This document shows positions 50,501 to 58,572 of a stretch of DNA of 64,000 bases, in pieces (within the stretch, counting starts at the first letter, position 1; each line of letters opens with the position of its first letter). The stretch comes from Candidatus Falkowbacteria bacterium (GTDB lineage Bacteria; Patescibacteriota; Patescibacteriia; Patescibacteriales; UBA12465), in the NCBI GenBank assembly GCA_016432645.1, contig CP066698.1, positions 325,062 through 389,061 of the forward strand, given 5' to 3'. The position numbers were made by a program, and so were the translations under genes. The notes under the pieces were generated by a model. The model was not told the DNA's origin. It worked only from the letters and a program-made list of their open reading frames with translations, and searched no databases.

Positions 50501-50874
50501 GCACTGATAAATCCTTAACTAATCCCAATCTTTTTGTTAAAAGGGGCGGTAATGTTGGCATTGGCACAACAGCTCCAGCAGCTAAACTAGATGTCGCCGG
50601 AACAACAAAACTAGGGACTGCCGGCGGTGCTTTTACCGCCATGGGAACATGTACCATCGCTTCGACCGCAATTTCAACTACAAAAACAAATTATACCTGT
50701 ACCGGCGTTCCCGCCTCAACCGCTGTGGCCGTAAATTGCAGTGGCGCAAACACTCAGAGTGGCGCCGGAACTTTATATTGCCGTGCCACTGGAACAGCCG
50801 ACCAGGTTGCCTGCAATACTTCAGCCGCCAATACCACGGCGATGACCTGGACTTGTATGTGGATTCAGCCGTAA
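47545..50874 (+). CDS. Large secreted fibre/adhesin-like protein with nine GNVGIGT-type repeats and a Cys-rich C-terminal domain
   Basis: Signal-like N-terminus; G/T/S/N-rich; repeats G(N/Y/S)(V/I)(G/A)(I/V)(G/A)..P...L.(I/V); six Cys in the last ~70 aa. Confidence 0.8.
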   Translation: MKKSSLYTNFHANQLKMAIFLIGFLLIAIPDKTNAKLITVGTASDIVSFGNNVGVGSTAPNQKLHIFDKVSSYATINIEGPTDTADKGAAILFNEGNGATQWDGGLYGFKVAYDGGNNYLFFEGFGNGTSAGKHLNILRTGNVGIGLTNPGTKLDITGTLRNSLATTHSLLGGAGNVIIMADNDGSLFSATPTAFTASINVSTLYHIKKWFTPQTGQTISSSGTTVTMLNPVSSYQFSSSMVGSRLTINGESRVITAYTSTSVVTVDSAYSTNYSGVSDTLWGVYSKAVEIASDGSVSTYSETGSMAIRKRSGDGNVYIPALLDSTNNYYLPSSVLYLDKDFPIKWSNSTSYSASSGNDVGLRRTATGTLEVYNGTSTTPGTVADYRDLNIRSFNPAGGNIGIGTTTPSNNKLTVVSDQSGGGVIKVQNTNIASWSSYEMFDYAGVHKTSFGYANPNAPTVAGLAHFSTSDDTPFIIAIHDLEKIRFTTEGYIGVAQTNPSRPLHISSTSTDLVAAGNNNSMVMIDGLMNSTSRQQSGIVSSPYINPPSASTQTYIGLNFIPNSDSPYVSGAQIMGLYGGAYYYGTSTLGYAYGGIFKNFASDTSTITRSYGVFIDDAYRAAGAHITNNYGLWVENQTAGTNNYAIYSEGGKNYFGGNVGIGTTTPWSNLTVRGVTSAPSIVRGAASIFSVASADGVEFAFTTATSSPWTASIQVRDVPEGSGDLAYPLALNPVGGNVGIGTAAPNQKLDIAGNVHIRGAGTLYNNAGAAELHIGYGIASPGTVGSVARLALQPYGHTGGPWKFVTRDTAGAAYLDFDYSSLHALTLDSSGNVGIGTQSPNVKLYVSGQSVTFLSATSSNTMLMGRNSTENLYIYQDDTSVTFESVQDENTAGFGNMIFKVDNDGTADGYFAFQNKAATNFMRITATGSVAIGTTAPVSRLSVTTSTFLDNTHAISFGDNLNYYYGIGIAGGSGTEGVGIWGGSEGTDKSLTNPNLFVKRGGNVGIGTTAPAAKLDVAGTTKLGTAGGAFTAMGTCTIASTAISTTKTNYTCTGVPASTAVAVNCSGANTQSGAGTLYCRATGTADQVACNTSAANTTAMTWTCMWIQP

Positions 50875-50932
50875 TCAAGCAGTAAAAACTGAGATAAATA
50901 ATTAAATAAATCAATATCTATAACGTTATCCT

Positions 50933-52366
50933 ATGCCTAACATCCAAGAGACTCCGGATTCTCAAATCGGAGTAATCAAAAAAACCAAAAGCGTCTTTCT
51001 CGCTCCCGTGAAATCAAAAGGGGTTTTAGCCTCGGTAGGAGTGGTGTTAATTGCTCTTGTCGCTCTGATATTCGTAAATTATTTTTCCCTCATGAAAACT
51101 CGCCAGGAATTACAAAATTATTCAGCTATCACCGCAAATCTGGAAAATGAATTAAAAACCATTTCCAAGAGGTCTACTTTAGTTTCCAGCTGGCGCAGTT
51201 TTGGCGACAGTTTCTCTTCATACGCTTATGTTTCCAAAGAGGAAACTGATATGTTTTTTGATGAAAGAGTTACTGCTTTCAGTTTTCCGCCGGTCTATAG
51301 TTTTAATTCCGTTTCTGGATGCGAAAATGCAAGCTGCGATTTAAAATCAAACTCTCTAGTGGCCACGGACCAGGATAGCAGCCAACAAATAAGCAAAGTC
51401 CCCGCCGAATTAAAGGATAAAAAAATTATTTCTTCCAGCCTTAATAAATTAAATTCCCTACAAGTGGCCTCCTTTATTGTCGCTGACGGCCAGGAAGAAA
51501 GGGCTTATGTTTATTTTTTTGATGGCAAAAAATTTACCCCGATTATCACCGCTAACACGGAAAATCAAATAATCACCAAATATAGTCGTGGTGGTGGCGC
51601 CATCGTAGCTGGTGGCGACGACAAGGATTTTATTATTCTCTATATCGGTTATGAGGGCTTAGGTTTCCATTATAAAAATGGGCAATTAAAAAATATTTCT
51701 GATTTCTTTGGCCTGAGAGTGGCTGACAATGGCTTCAAACCATACATAATTAAAGATGGTAAGGATAATAGTGCCGTTTGGTATATTTTAAGCTTAAATA
51801 GCAGTAAACCAAAACTCATAAAACTCTGGCAAAATGGAACACCGGAAATAGTCGGCGCCGTAGATTTAAGCAATGTTTTTGATGATACCGAAGGAGCCTT
51901 AGTCGCTTTTGCCTCCGGAGATAAGGCGCAAGAAATTAAATTTATCTTCAAAAAAGACGGCAGCACCAATGTTAATGCTCCCGCACAAATTTTAATTCCC
52001 GGCGCTTCATCACAGACAGAAGTAAAAATGCCTGCTTCCCTGTCACCTTATGAGTTAAGATTATTCTCAGACAAAGGCTTTGATAATACGATTGATCGTT
52101 CTGTAGTATCAGTAAATCTCAACGAAGCGCAAGGAGCCGTTACTAAGGCTAAAATAAACGAAATCGGCGTCAACGGCGAAGTAAAGTTATTCCTTTCTAA
52201 TTCGGATAAGATATTTGTTGAAACCAAAGAAAATGAAGAAATTAGCTTTTCTATGCATGGCCGCGACTTATTCTGGAGAACTGATTTCCCTAAGGGCCAG
52301 AGCAGCCAATATTCTCCCTGGTTTGATAATATCAACTACTTAGACTATTATTTACAAGTCGATTAA
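50933..52366 (+). CDS. Membrane-anchored exported protein, unknown function
   Basis: TM near aa 31-52, coiled coil, beta-rich remainder. Confidence 0.7.
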   Translation: MPNIQETPDSQIGVIKKTKSVFLAPVKSKGVLASVGVVLIALVALIFVNYFSLMKTRQELQNYSAITANLENELKTISKRSTLVSSWRSFGDSFSSYAYVSKEETDMFFDERVTAFSFPPVYSFNSVSGCENASCDLKSNSLVATDQDSSQQISKVPAELKDKKIISSSLNKLNSLQVASFIVADGQEERAYVYFFDGKKFTPIITANTENQIITKYSRGGGAIVAGGDDKDFIILYIGYEGLGFHYKNGQLKNISDFFGLRVADNGFKPYIIKDGKDNSAVWYILSLNSSKPKLIKLWQNGTPEIVGAVDLSNVFDDTEGALVAFASGDKAQEIKFIFKKDGSTNVNAPAQILIPGASSQTEVKMPASLSPYELRLFSDKGFDNTIDRSVVSVNLNEAQGAVTKAKINEIGVNGEVKLFLSNSDKIFVETKENEEISFSMHGRDLFWRTDFPKGQSSQYSPWFDNINYLDYYLQVD

Positions 52367-53586
52367 TTACTCCCGGCGATAAACCCCGTACTCCAGGCGA
52401 CTTGCAGATTAAAGCCGCCAGTCGGGCCGGCAATATCCAATACTTCCCCGGCTAAATACAGATTAGAAATTATTTTAGAGCTCATTGACTTAGCATTGAC
52501 TTCCTCCAGACTAAGGCCGCCGACAGTAACCATCGCTCTATCATAACCGGAAAAATTAATAATTGTAAGTTTAAAATCCTTGATACTTTCAAGGATTTTT
52601 TTTCGCTGGCTGCGACTAATAACCTTGGATTTTAAATTTTCATTAATACCAGAAGTATTCAATATAAAAACAGCTAATCGCGCCGGAATAATTTCTTCCA
52701 GACTATTTTTAACAAATTTATTATCTTTAGAAAAAAGTAAAATTAATAATTTATCTAAATCTTCTAAAGTAATCTCCGGCTGAAAATCTAGGCGCAATTC
52801 AAAAGTTTGATGCTGATTAAAATCCAAAAAACGGCTGAGATTTAAAGCCGCCGGACCGCTCAGCCCAGAAGCGGTAAAAATTACCGCCCCCTGCTCTACC
52901 GCTAACTTTTTATTAGCCGCGAGTAGACTAAGACTAACATTATTTAAACTTAGACCTTCTAACTCTTTAACCTTGGAGTTATTAACTAGAATGGGCGCTA
53001 AGCCGGGATATAGCGGCATTATCGTATGACCAAGATTTTTGAGCCACCGATAAGCATCGCCGCTGGAGCCGGTTGCCGGATAGGACTGGCCGCCAGTGGC
53101 AATTAAAAAGCGGGCAGCACTTATCTCTTCCCCGCTAGACAAAATAAGCTTCTTAATTAAATTATCTTGAACAACAAAATCTTTAACTTCACATTCCGTC
53201 CTAATTATTCCGCCGGCCGCTTTTATGTCTCTAACAAAAACGCCCAAAATATCGGCCGCCAAATTACTTTCGGGAAAAACTTTATTATCAGCCTCAGTTT
53301 TTAAACGGACGCCGCGGCTGGCAAAAAAATCCATTATTTCTGAAACGCCAAAGCGGCTGAATATCGGAATTAAAAATTTAGCAGCCGGGCCATAGCTTTT
53401 AGCCAGTACGCGATAATCTGGAATATTATTAGTGATATTACAGCGCCCACCGCCGGCCAGCAATAATTTAACTCCCAGACGCTTGTTCTTTTCCAGTAAT
53501 AAAACCTGGCGCCCCTTTTCAGCCGCTTGCAAAGCGGCCATAAGTCCGGCCGGACCGCCACCGATAACCACTAAATCATATTTCAT
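52363..53586 (-). CDS. HI0933/YhiN-family FAD-dependent oxidoreductase
   Basis: GGGPAG, GGGRCNITN, ATGG.SYP.TGS.GD and GE.LD..GPTGGFNLQ. Confidence 0.93.
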   Translation of the reverse strand: MKYDLVVIGGGPAGLMAALQAAEKGRQVLLLEKNKRLGVKLLLAGGGRCNITNNIPDYRVLAKSYGPAAKFLIPIFSRFGVSEIMDFFASRGVRLKTEADNKVFPESNLAADILGVFVRDIKAAGGIIRTECEVKDFVVQDNLIKKLILSSGEEISAARFLIATGGQSYPATGSSGDAYRWLKNLGHTIMPLYPGLAPILVNNSKVKELEGLSLNNVSLSLLAANKKLAVEQGAVIFTASGLSGPAALNLSRFLDFNQHQTFELRLDFQPEITLEDLDKLLILLFSKDNKFVKNSLEEIIPARLAVFILNTSGINENLKSKVISRSQRKKILESIKDFKLTIINFSGYDRAMVTVGGLSLEEVNAKSMSSKIISNLYLAGEVLDIAGPTGGFNLQVAWSTGFIAGSN

Positions 53587-53607
53587 ATTTATGCGCTTAA
53601 ATGGCCT

Positions 53608-54903
53608 TTAGTAAGCTTGATTTTTCAGACTTTCTAAGTCTTTTTTAATAGCTTCAACCAGTAATTCCGGAGTAGCAAATTTTTCCAGCTCCCTGATTTT
53701 GCCCAAAACCTCAACTTGAAGATTTTCGCCGTAAATATCACTCGAAAAATCAACTATTAAAATTTCCAAAGAAACTTCTTCTTTAAAAACATCCTTAAAA
53801 CCAAAATGCATCAAACCGGAATATGACCGATTATCAAACATTATCTTAACGGCATAAACGCCGTGGACAATATCTAAATCGGTTTTATCCAAATTGGCGG
53901 TCGGATAACCTAACAGCTTGCCTCGCCCCTGGCCATGGATTACTTTTCCGGAAAAAATTATTTTTTTAGTCCGGCCTAATATGGAGATTTTATAAAAAGC
54001 TAAGAGTAAAACGGCTAGTGCCGTCAGCTGCATCCAGTTCAAATAATTATGATTAAAAATATAATCCAAAACTAAAGCCGAAAATGGCCAAAATAATTCC
54101 AAAATAGTCGCTGCCGAAGCCGGAACGCGCCGCAAACCAAAATAATAAATAAACATCGAGCCGGCGCCGCTGGTTAAAACGATTAAACCCAAGAGGCTCC
54201 ATTGCTTAATACTCACTAGTGGCAAAGAACCAAAAGAACCGCTAACCAAAACTAGAATGATTGCTAAAATTGAAGTCAAGCCAAAACGCAAAGCGGCCAC
54301 TGCCTTATAATCTAGATGGTTAGAAATCCGTTTGCCAAAAACGGTTGATGAACCAAAAGCAAAAGCAGCAATAAAGGCGAATAAAGCACCATTATGGAGC
54401 CAGTCAATTCCCCAAAAATCAGCGCCCAAATTAGCAAACGCGATAAAATAAGAAGCGGCGATGGCGGCGATGGCCCAGCCATAAAACTTTTTCGGAAGCC
54501 TCTCACCTAAAATTAAACGCGCTAAAAGCAGAGCAAAAATCGGCTGTAATTTTTGAAGAATAACCACGGTCGCGAAACTGACTTCCCCGTCCATCGCGGC
54601 AAAAAAAGCTTTAGTGATAAAAACTGTTCCAATTAAACCACCAAACAAACTAACCCAACCGAGAGCCAGCCAACTTTTATGACTAAGGGTTTTTATCTTC
54701 GGCCAGAAAATAAAAACAAAAGGCGAAAGCACGATAAAACCGAGAAGATGTTCCAGCATAACCACCAGCTCGGCCGGTAAAACATAGAACTGCGGTCTAA
54801 TGAATAAACCGTCAATGCTCCAAAATAAAGCGGCGAGCATAATCGCCACCGAGCCGGCTAATTGTCCGGGCTTAAATTTTAACCTTAAATTGCTTGCAGA
54901 CAT
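53608..54903 (-). CDS. EamA/DMT transporter fused to a C-terminal riboflavin kinase domain
   Basis: Start taken at MSASN (54903); about 10 TMs in two EamA repeats, then GKVIHGQGRGKLLGYPTANL, GVY, LEI, DIYG and IRE..KF. Confidence 0.88.
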   Translation of the reverse strand: MSASNLRLKFKPGQLAGSVAIMLAALFWSIDGLFIRPQFYVLPAELVVMLEHLLGFIVLSPFVFIFWPKIKTLSHKSWLALGWVSLFGGLIGTVFITKAFFAAMDGEVSFATVVILQKLQPIFALLLARLILGERLPKKFYGWAIAAIAASYFIAFANLGADFWGIDWLHNGALFAFIAAFAFGSSTVFGKRISNHLDYKAVAALRFGLTSILAIILVLVSGSFGSLPLVSIKQWSLLGLIVLTSGAGSMFIYYFGLRRVPASAATILELFWPFSALVLDYIFNHNYLNWMQLTALAVLLLAFYKISILGRTKKIIFSGKVIHGQGRGKLLGYPTANLDKTDLDIVHGVYAVKIMFDNRSYSGLMHFGFKDVFKEEVSLEILIVDFSSDIYGENLQVEVLGKIRELEKFATPELLVEAIKKDLESLKNQAY

Positions 54904-54911
54904 GTATTTAA

Positions 54912-55202
54912 TTATTTGTTTAATAAGTATAAATATATTAACCAGGCGGCCGCTAAATTTTGCAAAAATAATAAGGGGATGCCTATTAAGAAATACCATT
55001 TCCTGGTTTTATGGCGAAAAACGAACATTCCCAGATAAACACCCAAAGCGCCAAAAGCAGATCCTAAAAAGAATAGCAAGCCTTCGGAAATTCGGGAAGA
55101 GCCAGGATTGGCAGATTTTAATTTATCCAAAAACATCAAGAAAAAAACGATTAAATTAGTAGCCAGCAAAAAGGCTAAGATTAGAAGCAAAGTATTGTTC
55201 AT
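54912..55202 (-). CDS. DUF1294-family membrane protein
   Basis: DK.K...RISE..L, G..G...GM..FRHKTRK. Confidence 0.88.
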   Translation of the reverse strand: MNNTLLLILAFLLATNLIVFFLMFLDKLKSANPGSSRISEGLLFFLGSAFGALGVYLGMFVFRHKTRKWYFLIGIPLLFLQNLAAAWLIYLYLLNK

Positions 55203-55243
55203 TTTTTTAATATTGCCTTATAATTATAGCATAATTACCATAT

Positions 55244-57022
55244 ATGCCCATCCTCCTGCAGGTGAACAACTTAAGCAAGGAATACAGCGGCCAAAAAATA
55301 TTTTCCGGCCTGTCTTTTACTATTTCCGAGAAACAGAAAATCGGCGTTATCGGCCGCAATGGCGCCGGCAAATCAACGCTATTTAAAATAATTAGCGGTG
55401 AAGAACAGGCGGATAATGGCGAGATTATCATTCATGAAGAAGCCAATATCGGCTATTTGAAGCAAAATCCAGATTGGCTGGATACGGAAAGTGCTCTGGA
55501 CTATTTAATTAGGCACAGCGGCCGACCGGAATGGCGGGCGCGCCAGCTGGCCAGTAAGTTTGAATTAGACGCCGAAAAGCTCGCCCAAACCGCCAGCGGG
55601 CTCTCCGGTGGCTGGCGTATGCGCTTACGTTTAACAGCGATGCTTCTCAAGGAGCCGAATCTCTTCTTGCTAGACGAACCGAGTAACTATTTGGATTTAA
55701 ACACCCAGATTCTCTTAGAGGATTATTTAAATTCTTATCGCGGCAGTTTTTTAATCATTTCCCACGACCGTGAATTTTTAAAAAGAACCTGTAAAGAAAC
55801 CATTGAAATTTCTAAAACCGGCTGCTACCACTATCCCGGCAACATTGAAGCCTACTTGGCTTTTAAAGAACAAAAGTTGAGCACTCTTATCAAGGCGAAT
55901 GAGAGTCTGGAGCGCCAGCAACAACATTGGCAGGAGTTTGTTGATCGCTTTCGCTATAAAGCTTCTAAGGCTAAACAGGCGCAAGCGGTAATCCGCAAAA
56001 TTACCAAACTGGAAGCTAAAAGAATAACTATCGAGCATGAAGCCGGAATTACCCGCATCATCATCCCGCCAATTGCCCGTAAGAATAATTTTGCCTTAAA
56101 GATAAACGACCTCAGTATTGGTTATGACAATCAAAGCATCGTTACAAATATTGATTTTGACTGCCGTTCCGGAGAAAAATTGGCAATTTTAGGGCTCAAC
56201 GGCAGCGGTAAAACCACTTTAATAAAAACATTGACCGGAAAATTAAATCCTTTAGCCGGTTCATTTCGTTTAGCCGCCAACAGCCGCTTAGCTTATCATG
56301 GCGAAGAAGAAATAGCTCAAATGAACGGCCAAGAACAAGCCGGCGATTTCTTGCGCCGCATGGCCGCCGCTGATTTAAAAACGGAAGCAGTTTTAAAAAT
56401 GGCTGGAGATTTTTTATTTTCCGAAGAAAATTTAAAAAAACCGATTTCCGTCCTTTCCGGCGGCGAACGCTCGCGCTTATTGCTCGCCGGACTACTCTTA
56501 TCTAAACCGGATATTCTGATTTTAGATGAACCGACTTGCCATCTTGATTTTGAGACCACTGAAGCTTTAGCCGGCGGCTTGCATAAATTTAACGGCACCG
56601 TAATTTTTGCCAGCCATGACAGAACTTTTGCCAGCCTCATCGCCACCGGGATTGTGGAAATAAAAAATGGCCAAGCCAAAAGAAAGCATGAAGATTATGA
56701 AGATTATGTCATTAATCTAGAAAAAGAACTGGCCCAGAAACGTGCTCTAGAAAAAACTAAATTACCGGAAATAAAAGCGGAGCTAAAAACCAATGACCGA
56801 GAAAAATATTTAGCTAATCGCGCCCGCCAAAAAGAAATTCAAACTCTAGAAAAAGACCTAGCTAAAATGCAAGCTTATAAAACCGAGCTCTTGGAATATT
56901 TTTTGGAACACTACGAAAACTACCGCCCGGAAAAAGTAGCGGAACTAGAGGAGCTCAAGCGCCGCATCGCCGATAAAGAAGATCTATGGCTAATGCTAAA
57001 TGAAGAAAATAAAGAAAACTAA
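55244..57022 (+). CDS. ABC-F family ATPase
   Basis: Two ABC domains (GRNGAGKST/LSGG/DEP and GLNGSGKTT/LSGGE/DEP), no TMs, C-terminal coiled coil. Confidence 0.93.
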   Translation: MPILLQVNNLSKEYSGQKIFSGLSFTISEKQKIGVIGRNGAGKSTLFKIISGEEQADNGEIIIHEEANIGYLKQNPDWLDTESALDYLIRHSGRPEWRARQLASKFELDAEKLAQTASGLSGGWRMRLRLTAMLLKEPNLFLLDEPSNYLDLNTQILLEDYLNSYRGSFLIISHDREFLKRTCKETIEISKTGCYHYPGNIEAYLAFKEQKLSTLIKANESLERQQQHWQEFVDRFRYKASKAKQAQAVIRKITKLEAKRITIEHEAGITRIIIPPIARKNNFALKINDLSIGYDNQSIVTNIDFDCRSGEKLAILGLNGSGKTTLIKTLTGKLNPLAGSFRLAANSRLAYHGEEEIAQMNGQEQAGDFLRRMAAADLKTEAVLKMAGDFLFSEENLKKPISVLSGGERSRLLLAGLLLSKPDILILDEPTCHLDFETTEALAGGLHKFNGTVIFASHDRTFASLIATGIVEIKNGQAKRKHEDYEDYVINLEKELAQKRALEKTKLPEIKAELKTNDREKYLANRARQKEIQTLEKDLAKMQAYKTELLEYFLEHYENYRPEKVAELEELKRRIADKEDLWLMLNEENKEN

Positions 57023-57047
57023 AAGACTGGGCCAAGCCCAGTCTTTT
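57021..57047. terminator. Bidirectional terminator between ABC-F and tRNA-Trp
   Basis: AAAAGACTGGGC-CAA-GCCCAGTCTTTT. Confidence 0.8.
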
Positions 57048-57054
57048 AAATACG

Positions 57055-57125
57055 CACGGGATGTAGGTGCCGCCCCTACGCCGTCAGTTTTGGAGACTGA
57101 CATACTACTGTTATACTAATCCCGC
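57055..57125 (-). tRNA. tRNA-Trp(CCA) with non-canonical D- and T-loops; CCA end not encoded
   Basis: GCGGGAT TA GTAT AACAGTA GTAT G TCAGT CTCCAAA ACTGA CGGC GTAGG GGCGGCA CCTAC ATCCCGT G: four stems, anticodon CCA, discriminator G73. Confidence 0.85.
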
Positions 57126-57773
57126 AATATTAGGTAAATTTTTACATCTCTCAATGATTAAAAATACCTCTTTTAATATTCTACTATCTCCATATCTAAT
57201 TGACAAGCATCCTTTATAGCCTTCCTTTTTATTTATTCCAGTATGGGGTTTATTATATATGGAAAATTGATTTTTGGAAATACCTGTTATTTTAGACCAG
57301 AAATTTAACATTTCTTCTTTATTGTGATACTCATGCAAATGCAATAGGGCGTGAAATTTTTCCTCTTTTATTATAAATGATTTTCTCATTAAAAACATAT
57401 AAACCCTGATCATTGCGGGGTCTGAATTAATAAAAACCAACCTATTTTTAGTTTTAGCACCCTCGCCCCAATACAAAAGAGCCAAAAAGAGCTTATAATC
57501 ATCTATACCATATTGTCTGTTTTTAAAAACTCCGCAACCAGAATCAATCTCAGCTAATATTTTCTGCTGCTTAGTGCATATAGTTTTTTTACCATTATCG
57601 CGCCCATCGTCGCCCAATTTTTTTATTCTTAATTTAGCTTGGGTATCCAAAACCACCGACCGCGCCCATACAGAAGCTGTGCTCTTAGAAACATCCAAAG
57701 CTAAACTTATTTCTCTAAAAGAACAGCCCTTCGCTCGCAGTCTTAAGGCTTTTTGTTTTAATGATTTTTTCAT
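57111..57773 (-). CDS. HTH plus LAGLIDADG-like protein; 3' end overlaps tRNA-Trp
   Basis: N-terminal HTH (ALRLRAKGCSFREIS..LDVSKSTASVW); LALLYWGEG helix, FINSDP and FWS; ends AGLV-stop inside the tRNA. Confidence 0.75.
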   Translation of the reverse strand: MKKSLKQKALRLRAKGCSFREISLALDVSKSTASVWARSVVLDTQAKLRIKKLGDDGRDNGKKTICTKQQKILAEIDSGCGVFKNRQYGIDDYKLFLALLYWGEGAKTKNRLVFINSDPAMIRVYMFLMRKSFIIKEEKFHALLHLHEYHNKEEMLNFWSKITGISKNQFSIYNKPHTGINKKEGYKGCLSIRYGDSRILKEVFLIIERCKNLPNIAGLV

Positions 57774-57820
57774 ATCTACATCATAGCAAAAACCATATGA
57801 AAAAAGTTAAACAAAACTTA

Positions 57821-57847
57821 AAATAAAAGACCGCCATAATCTGGCGG
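57821..57847 (-). terminator. Probable terminator after the rubrerythrin operon
   Basis: CCGCCA-TAATC-TGGCGG next to an A-rich run. Confidence 0.55.
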
Positions 57848-57888
57848 CCATTTTATAGTCGTGCCTAAATAATTATTAAATTGAACGC

Positions 57889-58029
57889 CTATTCTTCCCC
57901 GTCAAATCCTTCTTTCTTAATCCGCATCTCTTCGTCGCAGCAAACTAATTTGCCGCCGCCATCCTTGGTAAATTTGACTTCGTTGCCGCAAATGCGGCAA
58001 AAATAAACTCTGTCTACTCGGCTGCTCAT
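57889..58029 (-). CDS. Desulforedoxin-like (desulfoferrodoxin FeS4 domain) small protein
   Basis: 46 aa from ATG 58029: YFCRICGNEV....GGGKLVCCDEEM (CxxC...CC). Confidence 0.85.
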   Translation of the reverse strand: MSSRVDRVYFCRICGNEVKFTKDGGGKLVCCDEEMRIKKEGFDGEE

Positions 58030-58036
58030 ATATTTA

Positions 58037-58564
58037 TTAGTAAGTTTCCTCAAAGACTTCAAAATGAGCTTGCGGGTGCAAACAAGCCGGACAAACCTCT
58101 GGAGCCTCTTCACCTTCATGAATAAAGCCGCAATTAGCACACTTCCAACGCTTAACCGTCTTTTTCTTAAAGACTTCCCCATTCTCAATATTTTCCAATA
58201 ACTTACGATAGCGAGTTTCATGTGCCTTCTCCGCCTTAGCAACATTATCAAACAATTTAGCAATTGCTTCATGACCCTCTTCGCGCGCTTCCGCCGCCAT
58301 ACGCGGGTACATCTCGGAATTTTCATAAAGTTCGCCTTCAATCGCCGCCTTTAAATCAGCCGGCAACTCGCCGATTAATTCTAACTGCTTAGCCCAAAGT
58401 TTGGCGTGTTCTTTCTCGTTTAAGGCCGTCTCTTCAAAAATATTAGCTATTTGGACATAACCCGCTTTTCTGGCGATAGAAGCAAAATAATCATATTTAT
58501 TGCGCGCCATTGATTCGCCGGCAAAAGCGTCTTCCAAATTTTTCTTGGTTTTAGGTCCTAACAT
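58037..58564 (-). CDS. rbr: Rubrerythrin
   Basis: AFAGES.ARNKY, two ExxH motifs, C-terminal CANCG...CPAC. Confidence 0.93.
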   Translation of the reverse strand: MLGPKTKKNLEDAFAGESMARNKYDYFASIARKAGYVQIANIFEETALNEKEHAKLWAKQLELIGELPADLKAAIEGELYENSEMYPRMAAEAREEGHEAIAKLFDNVAKAEKAHETRYRKLLENIENGEVFKKKTVKRWKCANCGFIHEGEEAPEVCPACLHPQAHFEVFEETY

Positions 58565-58572
58565 ATTTTTTA

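Noticed and set aside
47545..50874. Prophage tail fibre or DGR target
   Set aside because: No phage genes, reverse transcriptase or near-identical template repeat in the window, and the protein has an export signal.
57889..58341. 150-aa ORF overlapping rubrerythrin (possible frameshift fusion)
   Set aside because: Only the last 46 aa are meaningful. They have their own ATG (58029) 7 nt after the rbr stop, so two ordinary genes explain the region.
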